The notes below the pieces were generated by a model, which ran no database searches, had not been told where the DNA came from, and saw only the letters and a program-made list of their open reading frames with translations. A DNA stretch of 64,000 nucleotides from a virus: IMG/VR virus record IMGVR_UViG_3300011977_000001; one strand, given 5' to 3'. The first letter of the stretch is position 1. Every line of letters starts with the position of its first letter. Shown piece by piece: positions 18,474-27,869 of this stretch. The translations under genes were made by a program, and so were the position numbers.

Positions 18474-19334
18474 TCATCGAACTATTATATTTTTAAGCGG
18501 TGTCCCACCGAACTGAGTAAGTATTCCGTAGGTACCGGTAATCGTGATTTGCCCGGTTTTCAGCTGATCTGCACCCATCTGAGTGTCTGTTCTGTTCACC
18601 ATCATTGGCGAATCATCGGGCATTGTGATTCGCTGTCTTCTGATTGCGATTGCTTCCAGCAGCATTTTTGCGATCGTTGACCTGGTTGTCAGGTCCGGAG
18701 CTATGATATGAACCATCAGGGTTGCATCGTACCACTGAGTGAAGTATGTATTCGGCCTGCTGCTGTCGCTGAGATTTCTCAGTCTCACATACAGGACCGG
18801 TTTCTCATCAGTCGCCTCGAACACTTCCGGAAGATTGTCCTGCCCAATTACAATGTAATCAGGGAAGAGCTTCTTCACGAATGAATCAACGGCTGTAACC
18901 GGGCACGGATAGTTCAAATGTTGTACAGGAAGTGCAACGACATCAAATACCATCGTGACTCCTGCGATCTGATCTCCCGATTCCGGGGTGGTGAACGGAG
19001 TATTTGTGCGCCAGTTCACTGCGATCGTGTTCTCCGCATCTGCAAAAAACTTCTGATCAAGTGCCTTATGCACAATCGGCTCGATGTTTTCCAGAAAAAC
19101 GTCAGGTGTAATATACACATCCAGCGTCAGAGTTCCTGAAATTTCTCGTTCAGGGTCATCCTGCATATCGAGCCCAAAAATGATTCGTGGATATTGAGTC
19201 TGACCATCATTCCAATTCTCATCTATCGCTGCCGGTGCTTCTCGGTTGAAAATCGCCGGCGTATCAGCATACTTCGCAAGCAGGTCCGTGATCTCCGTAT
19301 TTTTTGTTAGGTACTTGTAAATGACTTCATCCAT
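18474..19334 (-). CDS. hypothetical head-tail / tail-completion module protein
   Basis: 286-aa ORF between the gp10-like gene and the sheath gene. Confidence 0.55.
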   Translation of the reverse strand: MDEVIYKYLTKNTEITDLLAKYADTPAIFNREAPAAIDENWNDGQTQYPRIIFGLDMQDDPEREISGTLTLDVYITPDVFLENIEPIVHKALDQKFFADAENTIAVNWRTNTPFTTPESGDQIAGVTMVFDVVALPVQHLNYPCPVTAVDSFVKKLFPDYIVIGQDNLPEVFEATDEKPVLYVRLRNLSDSSRPNTYFTQWYDATLMVHIIAPDLTTRSTIAKMLLEAIAIRRQRITMPDDSPMMVNRTDTQMGADQLKTGQITITGTYGILTQFGGTPLKNIIVR

Positions 19335-19737
19335 AGTACGGTGCCTCGAAAATCTGCTTTATCATCGGTTCTGACTGATCTTTGATCTTCTGGAAATGCG
19401 GTCTCGCAGCAATCTTTGAATTACCATATTCCAGGTAAGTTGAAAGAAGATGACCATTGCGGACCGTTCTTCCGTTCTTAACCTGAATCACTACCGTAAC
19501 AGCTCGATTGGATTCGCCGGCAACCCGGTTCTCACCTTTCATCGCCGCCCGGTATTGTCCGGTCCGGACACCAGGCGGATTCCCTGGTGCTGAAGGACTA
19601 GGGTTCGTTACAACCTGCTGTGCGGTCTGCTGAGTGTTCTGCGCAGCCTTAGCCGCCCTGGTCTTCACTCCCGAGATGATAGTCCTGTCGATTTTCTCCC
19701 TGATCTCCATCAGCTGCACTGACGGCCTTTGAGCCAT
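19327..19737 (-). CDS. HK97 gp10-like tail-completion protein
   Basis: 136 aa. LEYGNSKIAARPHFQKI matches the vEfGt.k..a.PF signature of the gp10 family. The start is possibly at the internal Met (19710). Confidence 0.55.
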   Translation of the reverse strand: MAQRPSVQLMEIREKIDRTIISGVKTRAAKAAQNTQQTAQQVVTNPSPSAPGNPPGVRTGQYRAAMKGENRVAGESNRAVTVVIQVKNGRTVRNGHLLSTYLEYGNSKIAARPHFQKIKDQSEPMIKQIFEAPYYG

Positions 19738-20086
19738 ATTGCAGGTCCTTTCTCTCGTTCAGTCTGTACGCAGTGAAATGACCGAGTTCTCCGTGATCGT
19801 GGAATGTTTCTACCCGGAACATCCGATTTCCTTCCAACATGAACAGATAGTCATTTTGCTGCAACTGCGGGCCTCCGAACGTGACCAGTGTGTGTGAAAC
19901 TTCGAGACCGTTCTGCTTGTAAGTTTCCCGTTCGGTCGGATTGATCTGAGACAACATTCCGTAAATTACGGTCCCGGTGTCTTCAAATTTCGCTGCCTTT
20001 CCGACCGCTCCCGCAGCAGAAACCATCGTTTTACGCTTCAGCAGCTTAAACTCTTTATGTCCCTGCCACGGTACAATGAACGGCAT
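19649..20086 (-). CDS. head closure / head-tail adaptor protein (SPP1 gp16-like)
   Basis: 145 aa. Size, position and an I..P....E......G......H.. pattern fit. The 3' end overlaps the next ORF. Confidence 0.45.
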   Translation of the reverse strand: MPFIVPWQGHKEFKLLKRKTMVSAAGAVGKAAKFEDTGTVIYGMLSQINPTERETYKQNGLEVSHTLVTFGGPQLQQNDYLFMLEGNRMFRVETFHDHGELGHFTAYRLNERKDLQYGSKAVSAADGDQGENRQDYHLGSEDQGG

Positions 20087-20099
20087 TTCGTTTCACCTC

Positions 20100-20510
20100 T
20101 TAGTCTTCATGCGGATAATTCATGTTTGTCTGCATATTCTTGTGGAAGTAGTGCGGATCACTCGGGCCATAGTAAGAACCGTACACAGCTGTCGGCACTC
20201 CGCTGGAAAGTTCCTTTTTCAGCTCTTTTCGCATCTGCCTCCACCTTTCCGCTCTTGAATCGAGACTGTACGAGAGACCATCAACTGACGTATTCACCTC
20301 AAATGAAAGTCTCATCACGATTGCGTCCAGGCATTTCAGCTTTGCTCGCTTCCAGTTAGTCGGGTGCTCACTGATCATCTGTGCATATTCTTCATCACAC
20401 AGTGCAGCAGTCGCCTTCCCGCCTTCCACAATCGTGTCGCCCAGTTCAAATCTCATTCGGTTTACACCTCCTGAAATCTGAGACGGGTCATATGTGTACG
20501 TTCCAGCCAT
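20100..20510 (-). CDS. hypothetical head-tail connector protein
   Basis: 136-aa ORF downstream of the capsid genes. Confidence 0.5.
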   Translation of the reverse strand: MAGTYTYDPSQISGGVNRMRFELGDTIVEGGKATAALCDEEYAQMISEHPTNWKRAKLKCLDAIVMRLSFEVNTSVDGLSYSLDSRAERWRQMRKELKKELSSGVPTAVYGSYYGPSDPHYFHKNMQTNMNYPHED

Positions 20511-20514
20511 GCCC

Positions 20515-20820
20515 TTATGCCCCTACTTTCTTCCTGCCGCCCCTCTTGCCGGTTTTGGCCGGCTGAGAGGGTACTTCTTTGGGTACATCGCTTTCAGGCT
20601 TTTCTGGGGCTTTCTGAGCGGTCTGAGCGGAATCGGATTTCTCCTCCTCCGCCTCGTTTGCCTTTTCATCAGTCTTCGGCTTTTCACCATCGACCTCAGC
20701 GATCATGCCCCACCTGATCAGCGCAGAAACCCTCGATTTAACGATTGCCTCCTCCGGAATAGACTCTCCTACACGGAAAGTCTTTCCTCCGAAGTGGCAC
20801 GGTTTCTTGGCAATATACAT
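20515..20820 (-). CDS. hypothetical protein with K/E/P-rich C-terminal tail
   Basis: 101-aa ORF directly after the major capsid gene. Confidence 0.5.
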   Translation of the reverse strand: MYIAKKPCHFGGKTFRVGESIPEEAIVKSRVSALIRWGMIAEVDGEKPKTDEKANEAEEEKSDSAQTAQKAPEKPESDVPKEVPSQPAKTGKRGGRKKVGA

Positions 20821-20839
20821 TTAATTCACTCCTTCACCA

Positions 20840-21859
20840 TCAAACGCAGTCAGACAGGAACGCACCCAGGTCCTGAGAAGTAACCTTCATATCCATAGAC
20901 ATAAGGCCCTCAATGTACTCGGAATGAGTTCCGTTCTCGCCGGTCCACTGCAGAACCGGAAGATAATTGCCATCTCCCAGCGGATCCCATGTGAAGATGT
21001 AGCCTGCGGACGGCTCTTCGATAGACGGTGCATCGGTAGCGTACAGAAGCAGTGCCCCCTTCGGGTCGCAGATGAAATCCATCTGACCATCAGCACCGGT
21101 CTTTGCCTTATTGACGATCGAGTCAAATACGACAACCTTATCGACTCCAAACAGGGTTGCGAGAACATTCTCGTTTGCCTGAGCCGGGTTAGAAGACGAG
21201 CCCTGGCCGGTAACACGCTCGATGATTGACGGATGATTGATCAGTGCGTTGTAGGTTTCCTCACCAAGACCCAGCTTATTCGGCTTGCGGCCCTTCTTCT
21301 TCAGGTCAGAAATCAGATTGCGGAAAAACGGAATCGGTTCAGAGTTGGAATCGCTGAACTTCACGAAGCTATTGGAAGCGGATGCGTTATCAGCTCCAGC
21401 CATGTCGGTTCCCCACACGCCCTTCTTGAAGAACTTCTCAGCGAAGAGAATATCCTGATGAATAGCCATCTGCTGAGAAATTGTCTTGGTCTTCATGTTC
21501 TGCTTGTTCATGAATGCCGGTGCATTGGTTCTTGCATAGTTGATCTGCTCAATCTGGTCAATGCCAAGGATGATCTGCTCAACGGTGCAGTCGTAAACGC
21601 CAGTCTCATGTGCGATCTGAGCCGGGTCAACCTTGCCGAACTGAGGTTTTGCATGAACGTTGTCACGCAGCAGGTCTTCTTTGGACCAGATGTAGTAAGA
21701 TGCGCTGGACAGTCTTACCGGAAGAATCGGGAACAGGGACTTTGCCGGTCTGTTCTGCTCATTCTGGAAATAAGCCATCGCCATAGTTGTCAGGTAAATA
21801 TTGGGATTAAAAGCTCCCTTTGCGATTGCGGTAGAAATATCGCCAGTATTAACGGACAT
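20840..21859 (-). CDS. major capsid protein (gpE-like family)
   Basis: 339 aa following the scaffold and decoration genes. The size and the LLLYATDAPSIEEPSAGYIFTW region fit the major capsid protein E type. Confidence 0.75.
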   Translation of the reverse strand: MSVNTGDISTAIAKGAFNPNIYLTTMAMAYFQNEQNRPAKSLFPILPVRLSSASYYIWSKEDLLRDNVHAKPQFGKVDPAQIAHETGVYDCTVEQIILGIDQIEQINYARTNAPAFMNKQNMKTKTISQQMAIHQDILFAEKFFKKGVWGTDMAGADNASASNSFVKFSDSNSEPIPFFRNLISDLKKKGRKPNKLGLGEETYNALINHPSIIERVTGQGSSSNPAQANENVLATLFGVDKVVVFDSIVNKAKTGADGQMDFICDPKGALLLYATDAPSIEEPSAGYIFTWDPLGDGNYLPVLQWTGENGTHSEYIEGLMSMDMKVTSQDLGAFLSDCV

Positions 21860-21883
21860 TCTTATACCCTCCTTTTATCTGGT

Positions 21884-22279
21884 TTACGCATTCTTCTGAT
21901 ACTTCGTCATCTGGAAGTAGAAGAACTCACCTGCTGATGCAGACTCAAGAGCGATGCCTGCAACAAAGTTGCCAGCTGCTGCCTTAGCGGCGGTTCCGGT
22001 CGCATCGGTAGCGATCTCGTCACCCTTTGCGATCTCTGCGCCTGCCTTAGCAAGTCCGATGTCTTTAATCTGGACATCAACGTTTGCGTCCTTTTCTAGG
22101 TTGACACGATTGGTGATAATTCCAACACCAAATACGACTTCACCTGCGGTATCAGCCGGGACGACTTTACCATCAACGTACTTGAGGAACTTTCCTCTTA
22201 CGTCTTCAATAGCTGCGCCAGCGGTCTCAGCAAATACTGCTGAATTGTTGATCTGGCTTGTCATATAAGTCTTAGCCAT
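21884..22279 (-). CDS. head decoration / DUF2190-like protein
   Basis: 131 aa, Gly/Ala-rich beta pattern (GVGIITN...GDEIATDATGTAAKAAAGNFVAGIAL). Located immediately upstream of the capsid gene. Confidence 0.6.
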   Translation of the reverse strand: MAKTYMTSQINNSAVFAETAGAAIEDVRGKFLKYVDGKVVPADTAGEVVFGVGIITNRVNLEKDANVDVQIKDIGLAKAGAEIAKGDEIATDATGTAAKAAAGNFVAGIALESASAGEFFYFQMTKYQKNA

Positions 22280-22294
22280 TGTATTTTCCTCCTT

Positions 22295-23449
22295 TTATCT
22301 CCTGCGGTTCTGCTCGTACTCAAGTGCAATCTCCGGATGATCGGACCATGCCTTTGCTTTCGCATCGATATAGTTCATTCCCGGCTGCGACTTGATGTAC
22401 GACTTTGCAATCTGCTCAATCCTGGACTCCGGGTCATCGGATGACGGTCCTGCGAAGGACTTTCCGATTTCGCCAAAGACACTGGACTTCTCATAAAGGG
22501 ATAGTGTCTTGTCCAGGTTGTCCAGATAAGACTTGTAGATACCATCACCGGCCTGCTTCATCTCATAAAGGGTTTCTGCAAGTTTGTCCGGGTCCTCTCC
22601 GATCGTCTCATACTTCTTGGCGATCTCGGTGAGCTCCTGCATATCGAATCTCTTCTGAAGAACTGCGATGTTCTCCTCCTGCTTTTTCAGCAGATTCTTA
22701 TATGCTGCGCTCTTTGCTACATCGGACTTCTTGCAAGCCTTCTTTACGCACTTCTTAGTGACCGGCTTGGTCTCAGGTGCTTCCTCCGGTACATCTTCCT
22801 CGGTATCGTCCTCGGGCTCTTCGTCCCCGGTGTCATCCTGGTATTCGGCATCGTCCTCTTCACCATCATCCTCGTACTCGTCCTCAGACTCCTCAATCTC
22901 ATCATCCTCGGAATAATCCTCAGAATCTTCTGTGTCGTCCTCCTCCTCGTAGTCGGAATCTTCCTCTTCATCCTCAGCCTTTGTGACCTTGCCGCACTTC
23001 TTTGTAACCTTGCCACATGCCTTTCCGATCAGTGCGGACAGCTGCTCCTTCTCCTCGTCAGTCAGGTTTTCGCTCTTGAGCATGTCACCATACTTGGCTG
23101 TAACGTCATCCTCTTCTGCCGGTTCCTTCTCGAAGGAATAGCTCTTGATAATGTCGTTGTACATTGCTTCATTGAACTGGACCAGACTCTTCGCAAGAAG
23201 GTCTCTTGCCTCACTGTCGGTGATGTCCTGATCGTCCATAATGGACTTATAGGACTTGTAGAGGCAATCGAGATTGGTCCCGGTTGCTTCCATTGACTTA
23301 TTCACCATCACATCCACCTCGTCTGCTGATTTCAAAATTGGTGTCTCCGCATCTGCGCTCTTATAGAGCTTGATGTCTGCATCCGGGTTTGCACCTCTCC
23401 GGACCAGATCAACACTTTTCAAAATCATGTGCTTTAATCTGTTTGCCAT
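22295..23449 (-). CDS. scaffolding-like protein with long D/E-rich tract
   Basis: Start chosen at MANRLKH (ATG 23447-23449) behind an AAAGGAG RBS. It has a ~70-aa acidic run and a helical C-terminal part, and lies between the protease-like and capsid genes. Confidence 0.6.
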   Translation of the reverse strand: MANRLKHMILKSVDLVRRGANPDADIKLYKSADAETPILKSADEVDVMVNKSMEATGTNLDCLYKSYKSIMDDQDITDSEARDLLAKSLVQFNEAMYNDIIKSYSFEKEPAEEDDVTAKYGDMLKSENLTDEEKEQLSALIGKACGKVTKKCGKVTKAEDEEEDSDYEEEDDTEDSEDYSEDDEIEESEDEYEDDGEEDDAEYQDDTGDEEPEDDTEEDVPEEAPETKPVTKKCVKKACKKSDVAKSAAYKNLLKKQEENIAVLQKRFDMQELTEIAKKYETIGEDPDKLAETLYEMKQAGDGIYKSYLDNLDKTLSLYEKSSVFGEIGKSFAGPSSDDPESRIEQIAKSYIKSQPGMNYIDAKAKAWSDHPEIALEYEQNRRR

Positions 23450-23531
23450 CTTGGTCTCCTTTCTTTCAATATTTGCTGGCAAATTTATCTGGTCGGGTCT
23501 CCCCGGATCAGCGTCCTCATGTTTCTCTGGA

Positions 23532-23963
23532 TCATGTCTCTGGCCTCCTGTTCTGCTCCATGTACCTGTTCAGACTATCTTCGAAATTTGGAAGCAATTT
23601 CCGTTTCCTGAGCTCCGACTCGCTCAGCCATCGTGCGTGAAGCATTTCAACCTCATCTGTTTTCGGTTCTCCCTTAAACTCGTCCGTCCAGAAATAGACG
23701 GTTTTGCTCAGGGTATTTCCAAATTTTGTTCTGTTCAGTGGCCTGAGATGGAGTGGTATGATATTGAACTCTTCTTTTGCCTCCCTCTTAGCCGCCTGCT
23801 GTGGGGTCTCTCCCCACTCAGCGTGGCCTCCTGGTCCACAAAGCCCTCTACCATCACTTCGTTCTCCTACGAGAAACTTTCCGTCCCGCACTACCAGGAC
23901 TGCCGCTGAATGCGTTTTCGTATCAGCGTTCTTCCGAATTTGCTCAAATGTCTGTGCAGCCAT
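23532..23963 (-). CDS. NUDIX hydrolase
   Basis: 143 aa with a Nudix box: GGHAEWGETPQQAAKREAKEEFN (GX5EX7REUXEEXGU). Confidence 0.85.
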   Translation of the reverse strand: MAAQTFEQIRKNADTKTHSAAVLVVRDGKFLVGERSDGRGLCGPGGHAEWGETPQQAAKREAKEEFNIIPLHLRPLNRTKFGNTLSKTVYFWTDEFKGEPKTDEVEMLHARWLSESELRKRKLLPNFEDSLNRYMEQNRRPET

Positions 23964-23965
23964 CG

Positions 23966-24892
23966 TTACCTCATTGGAACTCGCTTACCCTGCCCTGCGA
24001 TCGAGAACATCTGATATGTTCCGTTCTTTACAAGCTCCCAGGTCCGTGGGTCATCAACTTTGAAGCCTATCCACCATCCAAGCGGCACCGTTCCCTGCGG
24101 GATTCCCATTGCTTTCAACTTCTCGTCCGTAAAGACTACGGACTCGACCAGACGACATTTGTTCTGAAGCATCGGGTTATGTTCCTCTCCGCCCGTATGC
24201 CAGTTCAGAACATATTCATACACAGCCTTTTCGAGTTCCTGCGGGGAAACCATATCTCCCTGAAGATCCAGGACCTGCTCTCCGTTCTTTCGTTCAGAGA
24301 CGTTTGCCCATCCGAATACCAGCTGCTGATCGTCAACAGACTTTTTTACCATGAACTCGGTTTCTTCTGGCTCTTCCTCTTTCTTCGGTTCTTTACCATC
24401 AGACTCATCCGGTTCCTCAGAATCTTCTTCCTCAACTCCATACACAGCCTGCGGAATATCCGCCGAAAGACTCAGCTGCTGTTTCCTGAACGGCAACCCA
24501 GGTTCAACATATCCAAGAGTCATATGCGGTCTGTAGACTTCAAAGTCTCCGACAACATTCATTCCCATATTTCTGAGAATACGGAGAAGTTTTGACCGAA
24601 GTGCTTCGAGCTGCCCCTGCTGCACTCTTGCATAGATCACGTCTTTACCATCGCTGCTCTCAGACGCATCGAATCGCCCAGTTTCATCGAACTGAATCTT
24701 CTCAGGAATGTCATTTGTGACCTCACTGATTGCTTCCTCGACTCTCTTCTCTGCCTCCTCAGTAGTCAGGGTAGTGTTTCTTACCCATCCATAAATCAGA
24801 GTTATGTGGAGGTCATCGGTGTCCTCAGTGTGAGCAATGTCATCCGGGTTATTCAGCACTGTTTTCAATGCGATATAAACTTTCAAATCCAT
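23966..24892 (-). CDS. fusion of a 2H phosphoesterase (LigT-like) domain and an XkdF-like putative prohead serine protease domain
   Basis: 308 aa. There are two H-x-T motifs (LHITLIYG, PHMTLGYV) in the N-terminal half. The C-terminal half (QLVFGWANV...GDMVSPQELEKAVYEY...GWWIGFKVDD..TWELVKNGTYQMFSIAG) resembles XkdF-family proteins. Confidence 0.6.
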   Translation of the reverse strand: MDLKVYIALKTVLNNPDDIAHTEDTDDLHITLIYGWVRNTTLTTEEAEKRVEEAISEVTNDIPEKIQFDETGRFDASESSDGKDVIYARVQQGQLEALRSKLLRILRNMGMNVVGDFEVYRPHMTLGYVEPGLPFRKQQLSLSADIPQAVYGVEEEDSEEPDESDGKEPKKEEEPEETEFMVKKSVDDQQLVFGWANVSERKNGEQVLDLQGDMVSPQELEKAVYEYVLNWHTGGEEHNPMLQNKCRLVESVVFTDEKLKAMGIPQGTVPLGWWIGFKVDDPRTWELVKNGTYQMFSIAGQGKRVPMR

Positions 24893-24935
24893 TTGCTATC
24901 ACCTCAAAACGCACATTTGTGTCTTCCTGATTTGC

Positions 24936-24955
24936 ATAATAGTGCACCTGTGCAC
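24936..24955 (-). promoter_or_regulatory. palindromic motif + -10-like hexamer
   Basis: The - sense reads GTGCACAGGTGCAC followed directly by TATTAT. A second copy, ACACAAATGTGCGT, lies at 24909-24922. Both are upstream of the 24892 start. Confidence 0.4.
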
Positions 24956-25013
24956 ACTGCTTCAATGAGCCAGGTGATTTTTTGACAACTTTTGTGCGGA
25001 CTTTCATAATGAA

Positions 25014-25568
25014 TTACTTAGTCCGTTTCTTTTTAGGTCTTGAATTGCCGCCTCTGAGAATGTCATAGACCTGATTGTTGCGTTTCCATGAATCGTCATA
25101 CTTTCTGCCAGCCTGGCGTGTAGTTGCCGTTGTCCCGGTCTTCTTGTTCTGTCTTCTTACTCTCTTCAGGCGGTTTTTCCTCTCTCTTGCGGACTCAACG
25201 GGTTCGCCAGCCTGTGAAAGATGATGTGTACGGGTGTACTGTCTCTGAGCGTCACCTATTTTCTTCGCATTTTTGCGATGATTCTCGTAGACATCAGTTC
25301 CTTCGGCATCATCGTCTACCCTCGTTCCAACCATGCGTACCCCGCTTCCGAGCTTTCCAGTACGAACAACCTCACGGGCGATTGCTCTGTTATGAGCTTT
25401 GCTTGCTCCCGGCTTATACGTAAATGAAACAGCATTCGGTCCAGTTGAGAAGCGGCCAAGTGCATCGTGGAACGGGTTGAACTTTTCAATATCTTTCTCT
25501 TCAACTGCTTTGAAGTCTGCGTCTTTCGATGCAGTCTTCATAATGTCAAAAAACAGTTCAGCCATCAT
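25014..25568 (-). CDS. YNPYHG-tagged basic protein of unknown function
   Basis: Start chosen at MMAELFFDIMK (25568). Tag variant EKFNPFHDALGRFSTG is at 25449-25484. The C-terminal half is R/K-rich. Confidence 0.6.
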   Translation of the reverse strand: MMAELFFDIMKTASKDADFKAVEEKDIEKFNPFHDALGRFSTGPNAVSFTYKPGASKAHNRAIAREVVRTGKLGSGVRMVGTRVDDDAEGTDVYENHRKNAKKIGDAQRQYTRTHHLSQAGEPVESARERKNRLKRVRRQNKKTGTTATTRQAGRKYDDSWKRNNQVYDILRGGNSRPKKKRTK

Positions 25569-26547
25569 TTTCCCCTTTCTTCTTATTTCCCAGCTCAACC
25601 AGATCTCCCAGGACGGTTGCCAGCTTTTCGTCCTTTTTGAACAGGTCATTGAGCAGTGGAAGCGCCACTTCCACCATCTGTGGATGCGGTGCTCCTGTGG
25701 TTCCTAGTGCCCTCAATTCAAAGAAGTGCCTCCACTCCCTCATGTTTGCAGTCATAACCAGTTCTGTTTTTACAGAAATCGGAAGTACAGACCGAGCCAT
25801 CTGAGGAGTCACGTTTCCACCGATCATTGTTTCGTAAGCGTCTTCTGTGCCTTCGGCAATCTTGTTCCACCAATCTCCTGGCCAGTCATTCTCTGGGAAC
25901 TCGAACGGTTTGACAAATGTCACTCCATTACCATAGTTGCAATACCTTGTGCTTTCCTGGGCGAAAGACGCTTCTCTATGTCTCACAATCTCGTGTGAAA
26001 CTCCCCTGTCGCAGATGAATTTCACGGTGAGGTCGTAATGAACCATCATTTCCCTGGGCGAAAGGTTTTCTTTATCCAGCTCTGTGTATTTTGAGGTGAG
26101 CTTTCCAGCAGTGATCTTGCTGAAATCGATCATGTCAAATATCGGAAAATATTTTTTCTGCTGGAATATCTCGGCTAGGTCCTTTGAAATTCTGCAGTTA
26201 TTTCTGGCGCAGGCTTCGAAGAACTCCAACCATGCCCGCATGTTCCCTGAAACAATGTTTCTTCCGGAATATTCAAAGCTAGTGGCTCTGAGTTTCAGCA
26301 ACTCACCATAGTTCTGCACGAATATCGTGCACAGTCTAGGAACTTCATCCGTCCTGCTTTCCAGGATGATTGATGCATGTTCAAGCATTGCATAGTGCTT
26401 ATGTTTCACCAGGGCTCGTACCATCTTTACGGCTGAGCCCTCTGTGATCCTCTTTTCGGACTTGTAACAAGTCCTCGCTACCTTCTCGATCTTCTTCACC
26501 GGATCCTTCTCGGTGATAATCTCGTGTCCCGCCTTGACTAGCTTCAT
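25558..26547 (-). CDS. thyX: flavin-dependent thymidylate synthase ThyX
   Basis: 329 aa with the ThyX signature RHREASFAQESTRY (RHRxxSxxxxSxRY). Confidence 0.85.
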   Translation of the reverse strand: MKLVKAGHEIITEKDPVKKIEKVARTCYKSEKRITEGSAVKMVRALVKHKHYAMLEHASIILESRTDEVPRLCTIFVQNYGELLKLRATSFEYSGRNIVSGNMRAWLEFFEACARNNCRISKDLAEIFQQKKYFPIFDMIDFSKITAGKLTSKYTELDKENLSPREMMVHYDLTVKFICDRGVSHEIVRHREASFAQESTRYCNYGNGVTFVKPFEFPENDWPGDWWNKIAEGTEDAYETMIGGNVTPQMARSVLPISVKTELVMTANMREWRHFFELRALGTTGAPHPQMVEVALPLLNDLFKKDEKLATVLGDLVELGNKKKGENDG

Positions 26548-27545
26548 TCATTTCTCCCGTTTCTGAACCATGCATGTCTTACTTTCACGTCAGCAGACTT
26601 GTTGATCTCACTGAAAAGGGAATAGGATTTCTCAAATGTCCCGCTAGACGGAAGGCCCAGCTGTGCCAGGTCATCCACACGCCCTCCCTGTCTCTTCATC
26701 GGTTTGATATGATGCTGCCTCAGAATTTCGTCTGTCTCTTTATCATTCAGAAGTCGATCAACTCTCATTGAACCTGTGATCCACCATGGATTCGTATCGG
26801 TTCTCGGGTTTGTTCTGTACTTGTAGCAGCCTCCCTTTGGAAGTTTGGGGAGCCCAGCCAGAGAATGCTGGAACTTTCCGGTCTTTGTGTACCCGTAGCT
26901 CATTGCTTCTTCCTGGTAGTCGTGATCTGCATCGATCGTGCACTCAGCCCATACAAAGTTCTTTGGAAAAAGAGTCCTCACACCATCATCGTCTTTGCGA
27001 GCGAACTGCTTAGCGTCCGGTGTGTCTCCAAGATGCCAACCAGGTCTGTAAGCAAGTTTTCCGCTGCCTCCCTGTGTACCTTTTCCTCCCTGCTTTACCT
27101 GAGGTCTCCCAGTCTTTGAGGTCCCGGCTTTCTCGCCTTCTCTCGCATCAAGCCAAACGCCAAATGGAGTAGGAGCTCCGCCAGGGTTTGCAACCATTGG
27201 AGGATACAGCTTCCCGTTTTTCGTGAAGAAAACTTTATATGCTTTCCTGGTATTTCTCGGAGGTGGGTCCTTCCTCAGGAAAGTGCAGTTTGCAATATCC
27301 TCGGCATTCGTGGTCTGGGGCACCGGTGCTTTCGGTTTTCTCCTTTTCTTCGGCTTTGCTGTCGTTTTTCCTGCAGACGCACTCGAATGAGTTCTTGCCT
27401 CAGTAGTTGATGCAGCCATGATTTTCTTCGCAGATGTGTGGCTATCAGGAACCGTTGTCTTTGCACCACCACCGCTTGTGAACTTACCATCCTTGCCGTG
27501 GTACGGGTTGTACTTTGTAAGCCAAACGTACTGATCTGTGTTCAT
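26544..27545 (-). CDS. YNPYHG-tagged protein of unknown function
   Basis: 333 aa. The N-terminus is MNTDQYVWLTKYNPYHGKDGKFTSGGGAKTTVP (tag at 27480-27515). The rest has no motif I recognise. Confidence 0.65.
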   Translation of the reverse strand: MNTDQYVWLTKYNPYHGKDGKFTSGGGAKTTVPDSHTSAKKIMAASTTEARTHSSASAGKTTAKPKKRRKPKAPVPQTTNAEDIANCTFLRKDPPPRNTRKAYKVFFTKNGKLYPPMVANPGGAPTPFGVWLDAREGEKAGTSKTGRPQVKQGGKGTQGGSGKLAYRPGWHLGDTPDAKQFARKDDDGVRTLFPKNFVWAECTIDADHDYQEEAMSYGYTKTGKFQHSLAGLPKLPKGGCYKYRTNPRTDTNPWWITGSMRVDRLLNDKETDEILRQHHIKPMKRQGGRVDDLAQLGLPSSGTFEKSYSLFSEINKSADVKVRHAWFRNGRNE

Positions 27546-27583
27546 CGGCTTCTCCTTTCTTTTTTGATTCCTGTGACCATCAT

Positions 27584-27604
27584 GTCATAATCACGTTTGT
27601 GCGT
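27584..27604 (-). promoter_or_regulatory. palindromic motif + -10-like hexamer
   Basis: The - sense reads ACGCACAAACGTGA, then T, then TATGAC, about 40 nt upstream of the 27545 start. Confidence 0.35.
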
Positions 27605-27646
27605 TAATAGTTGAGGTAAACTTATTTAAGTGCGTTGTCATTGCAT

Positions 27647-27671
27647 AAAAAAAGAGTGGCCGAAGCCACTC
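27647..27671 (-). terminator. rho-independent terminator
   Basis: The - sense reads GAGTGGC-TTCG-GCCACTC: a perfect 7-bp stem with a UUCG tetraloop, followed by TTTTTTT. Confidence 0.8.
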
Positions 27672-27695
27672 AGGTGCTCTTGTATCTTGTATCAA

Positions 27696-27869
27696 TTACT
27701 TGTTTTCAGAATCTCGTTCCTTCCTGCGATCATTGAGCATTCTGCGAAACTCCTCGGTTTCTTCCTTAGTATGTCTCTCTCCGGAAGGATTGTATTTGAA
27801 ATTGATCTTTGACGGTGTGAAATGAAATGCCTGAGCTCCTTCTTTTTCCCACCTCTCTGTCATTTTCAT
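27696..27869 (-). CDS. small protein (57 aa) carrying a degenerate tag (FKYNPSGERH)
   Basis: Hand-translated as MKMTERWEKEGAQAFHFTPSKINFKYNPSGERHTKEETEEFRRMLNDRRKERDSENK. An AAAGGAG RBS lies upstream and a terminator follows. It is below the ORF-track cutoff. Confidence 0.5.
   Translation of the reverse strand: MKMTERWEKEGAQAFHFTPSKINFKYNPSGERHTKEETEEFRRMLNDRRKERDSENK

Noticed and set aside
22740-23010. Apparent tandem nucleotide repeats (also 6950-7150)
   Set aside because: These are GAx/GAT-rich runs encoding D/E-rich tracts of the scaffold-like and XkdS-like proteins. They are imperfect and in frame, so this is coding low complexity rather than a satellite or regulatory repeat.
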